Position numbers and translations under genes: made by a program | In this document: piece after piece, positions 62,000-64,000 of the stretch | Position numbering within the stretch: position 1 is the first letter of the stretch | Layout of the letters: each line of letters opens with the position of its first letter | NCBI RefSeq assembly: GCF_040938485.1 | Contig: NW_027272185.1 | Coordinates: forward strand, 434,001 to 498,000 | DNA length: 64,000 nucleotides | Direction of reading: 5' to 3' | Origin: Diadema antillarum | Taxonomy: Eukaryota | The notes under the pieces: model-generated | Seen by the model: the letters and a program-made list of their open reading frames with translations, nothing else | Databases searched by the model: none | What the model was told of the DNA's origin: nothing

Positions 62000-62300
62000 T
62001 AACTTCAGTAAGAGGCAAGTTACTAGTTCTCATCTGACTATGGTATTTTGTAAATTATATAATAAGTTGGTCAAAAATATTAATCATTAGATATTTTGAA
62101 AATTGTTATATATTATTTCATGTCAATTTTGTTCCCGTTCTATTTTTGGTAAATTTTTATCCCTATTTATTTTAGATATAGCTCGTACAAATCTGCTAGT
62201 CACGTGTGACGACTGCGCATGCTCATACTATAGGGCGTTGCGTTCTGATGACGTCATTTAGAAGGACCTCGAAAGCGTGGAACTACAACGTATAAACCTC
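62000..62300 (-). promoter_or_regulatory. Probable MRPS18B promoter region
   Basis: Directly upstream of the ATG. Contains TGCGCATGC (NRF1-like, 62214-62222) and TGACGTCA (62249-62256). Confidence 0.4.
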
Positions 62301-64000
62301 TCAAATTTGCTCTGAAATATTCCTTTCATAGACAAAGTAATAAAGTTTACTTAGAATCTGTGTTTGGATCTAGTTTTCAGCATTGTTTTGGCATCATATA
62401 AGAAGCCTTGGTCGCTTCAGAATTTCTATATAAACGGCCATTTAGTAAGCGGCCAGTTGCAGAATTGGATTGCTGTCGAGCGTATACCGACACTGAAGGC
62501 TGATAAGGCATCCCTTCTGAAATTTGGTTCAAAGAAACTGGGGTAAATTGGGTTGTTTTATCACGAAAATGATGCCGTGAGAGGTTTAAACTCCTCATTC
62601 AAGATTCATAGGACTGTAGAATGAACGATGGCTGGACAGGCGATCGAGATTTGTCAGTTCAGGGAGAAAAAGAAAGTGTAAGTTGATGGCGTAGTACAGT
62701 AGCCTGTCGACATGGTCGAACATGTTCTCTTCCTTTCCCATATGTTCAATACAGGATTACTTCTAACAGATAGCAACTTTTCTGCTCGATGTTTCTCGTC
62801 TTCGAAGTCAACTGGAGAAAATATGTCTACCTATCGGTCAGTAACAAATTCAACATGCTTTCAGCGGAAACATCTAGATGAGGAGCCCATGAACTGCGAT
62901 ATGACGTGACCATTTGTTCTTTGATAATGGTGAACGAAGCGGGTTAACCATGGCTCGGATTTCGTGCTTTTCGTGATTTGGTACTGGCTTGTCGCCATTT
63001 TGGAGGAGTGGCCGTCATATGCTAATGAGCTGTGTGGAAATGCAAATTGGGCTACTTCTTTCGCGCGCGCGGCCAGGGCAGTCGTCATCAGCATGAATCT
63101 CCACGGCCGGCCACCTGAGTGCTTTCAACTTGTACGAGCTGCAGTAGATGGATTGGCGGGTGGCCGTGGCTACTCGACTCTCTGATGCTGGGCGGCCGCC
63201 GCCCCGCTGTCTTTCCCTCGTGTTACTGTATTATTTATGTGCGAGCACTGTTGACATAGACCTTAAGACACCGTCCACGTGTAACCTAAATGACTAATGT
63301 TGTTTTTTTTTTTCCAGGTATATATTTTGACTTCTTGCTCCTTTTGTGCTTTGTTGAATTTGACATCCTGTGATTTCATTTTTTTTTTTTTTTTTAAATA
63401 TTGATATGTTACTGGTTGGTAGATTAAGTATTGCTAAATCCATGGAGTTCCTAATCCTAGCTAGAGGGTCTACTCTGGGCAAAATTGCCCTGCTACACTG
63501 CATGATATTCTTCTCCACAGCACTAGCCACTGGGGCACTGGTATAGAAAAACTATAGATCTAGACCCTATAACTGTTATGCAGTATCTACTAGAAATTTT
63601 AGATTCTATGTGATGCTGCTGTCCCCTGTGAACTACAACTGTAAAATGATCAAACCTAGGCTAAGGACTATAATCTAGAAGATTTAGGAGATGCTATCCT
63701 CTCATATTGTTTTTCTACCAGTGTTTTAGACCCGTCTAGTTCTAATATATTGTCTAACGTTAGAGTATTTTTTCCTTGAAAAAAAGGGGGAGACCGAAGT
63801 GAAGAGGGCACCCTTTTTTTTTCTTTCTTTTTTCCTGATGGATAAGCTACTGCACAGTGATAGTTCCACTGCCAGTCATTTTTAAGTACCGGTACGGTAG
63901 CCGGTACAAATCTACAATATATAGGCTACCCATTTGTAGGTTTCAAGGGCTGGAAATGGTAAGAATCAATTGAAACTATCTTTCTTTAGAAGGAAAAAAA

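Noticed and set aside
62619-62676. Possible first exon of a plus-strand gene (ATGGCTGGACAG...AAAGT|gtaagt)
   Set aside because: Too short, with no homology and no downstream exon inside the window.

Overview
AT-rich, repeat-dense animal genomic DNA (echinoderm-like by repeat and gene-family style; this is inference), with one N gap at 44779-44920. Positions 1-31045 hold a diverged tandem duplication (copy A <=1-17725, copy B <=20793-31045). Each copy carries an intronless class A GPCR, and the two receptors differ almost only on the extracellular, ligand-facing side. Each copy has its own insertions, so the other copy shows the empty site. Copy A gained a Helentron/DINE-1-like HINE, a full-length Mag-type Ty3/gypsy LTR element (5-bp TSD, frameshifted integrase) and a 2.5-kb Crypton-like tyrosine-recombinase (YR) element. 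Copy B gained a 0.62-kb non-coding element with unrelated sequence but the same architecture as the YR element. That architecture is the standout. A ~175-bp terminal hairpin is followed directly by a sequence complementary to the far end of the element, so the internal junction is an inverted copy of the predicted circle junction. Both hairpins end in a covarying CAC-GA-SSC-GNA-GSS-GA-GTG apex that should fold well on only one DNA strand, which points to a folded single-stranded DNA substrate. The right half contains a 3-exon sulfotransferase-like gene (34938-40326, minus strand) and an 8-exon MRPS18B gene (48683-61997, minus strand, with a 21-nt microexon). Its introns are packed with MITEs, HINEs and an L2-type LINE fragment.
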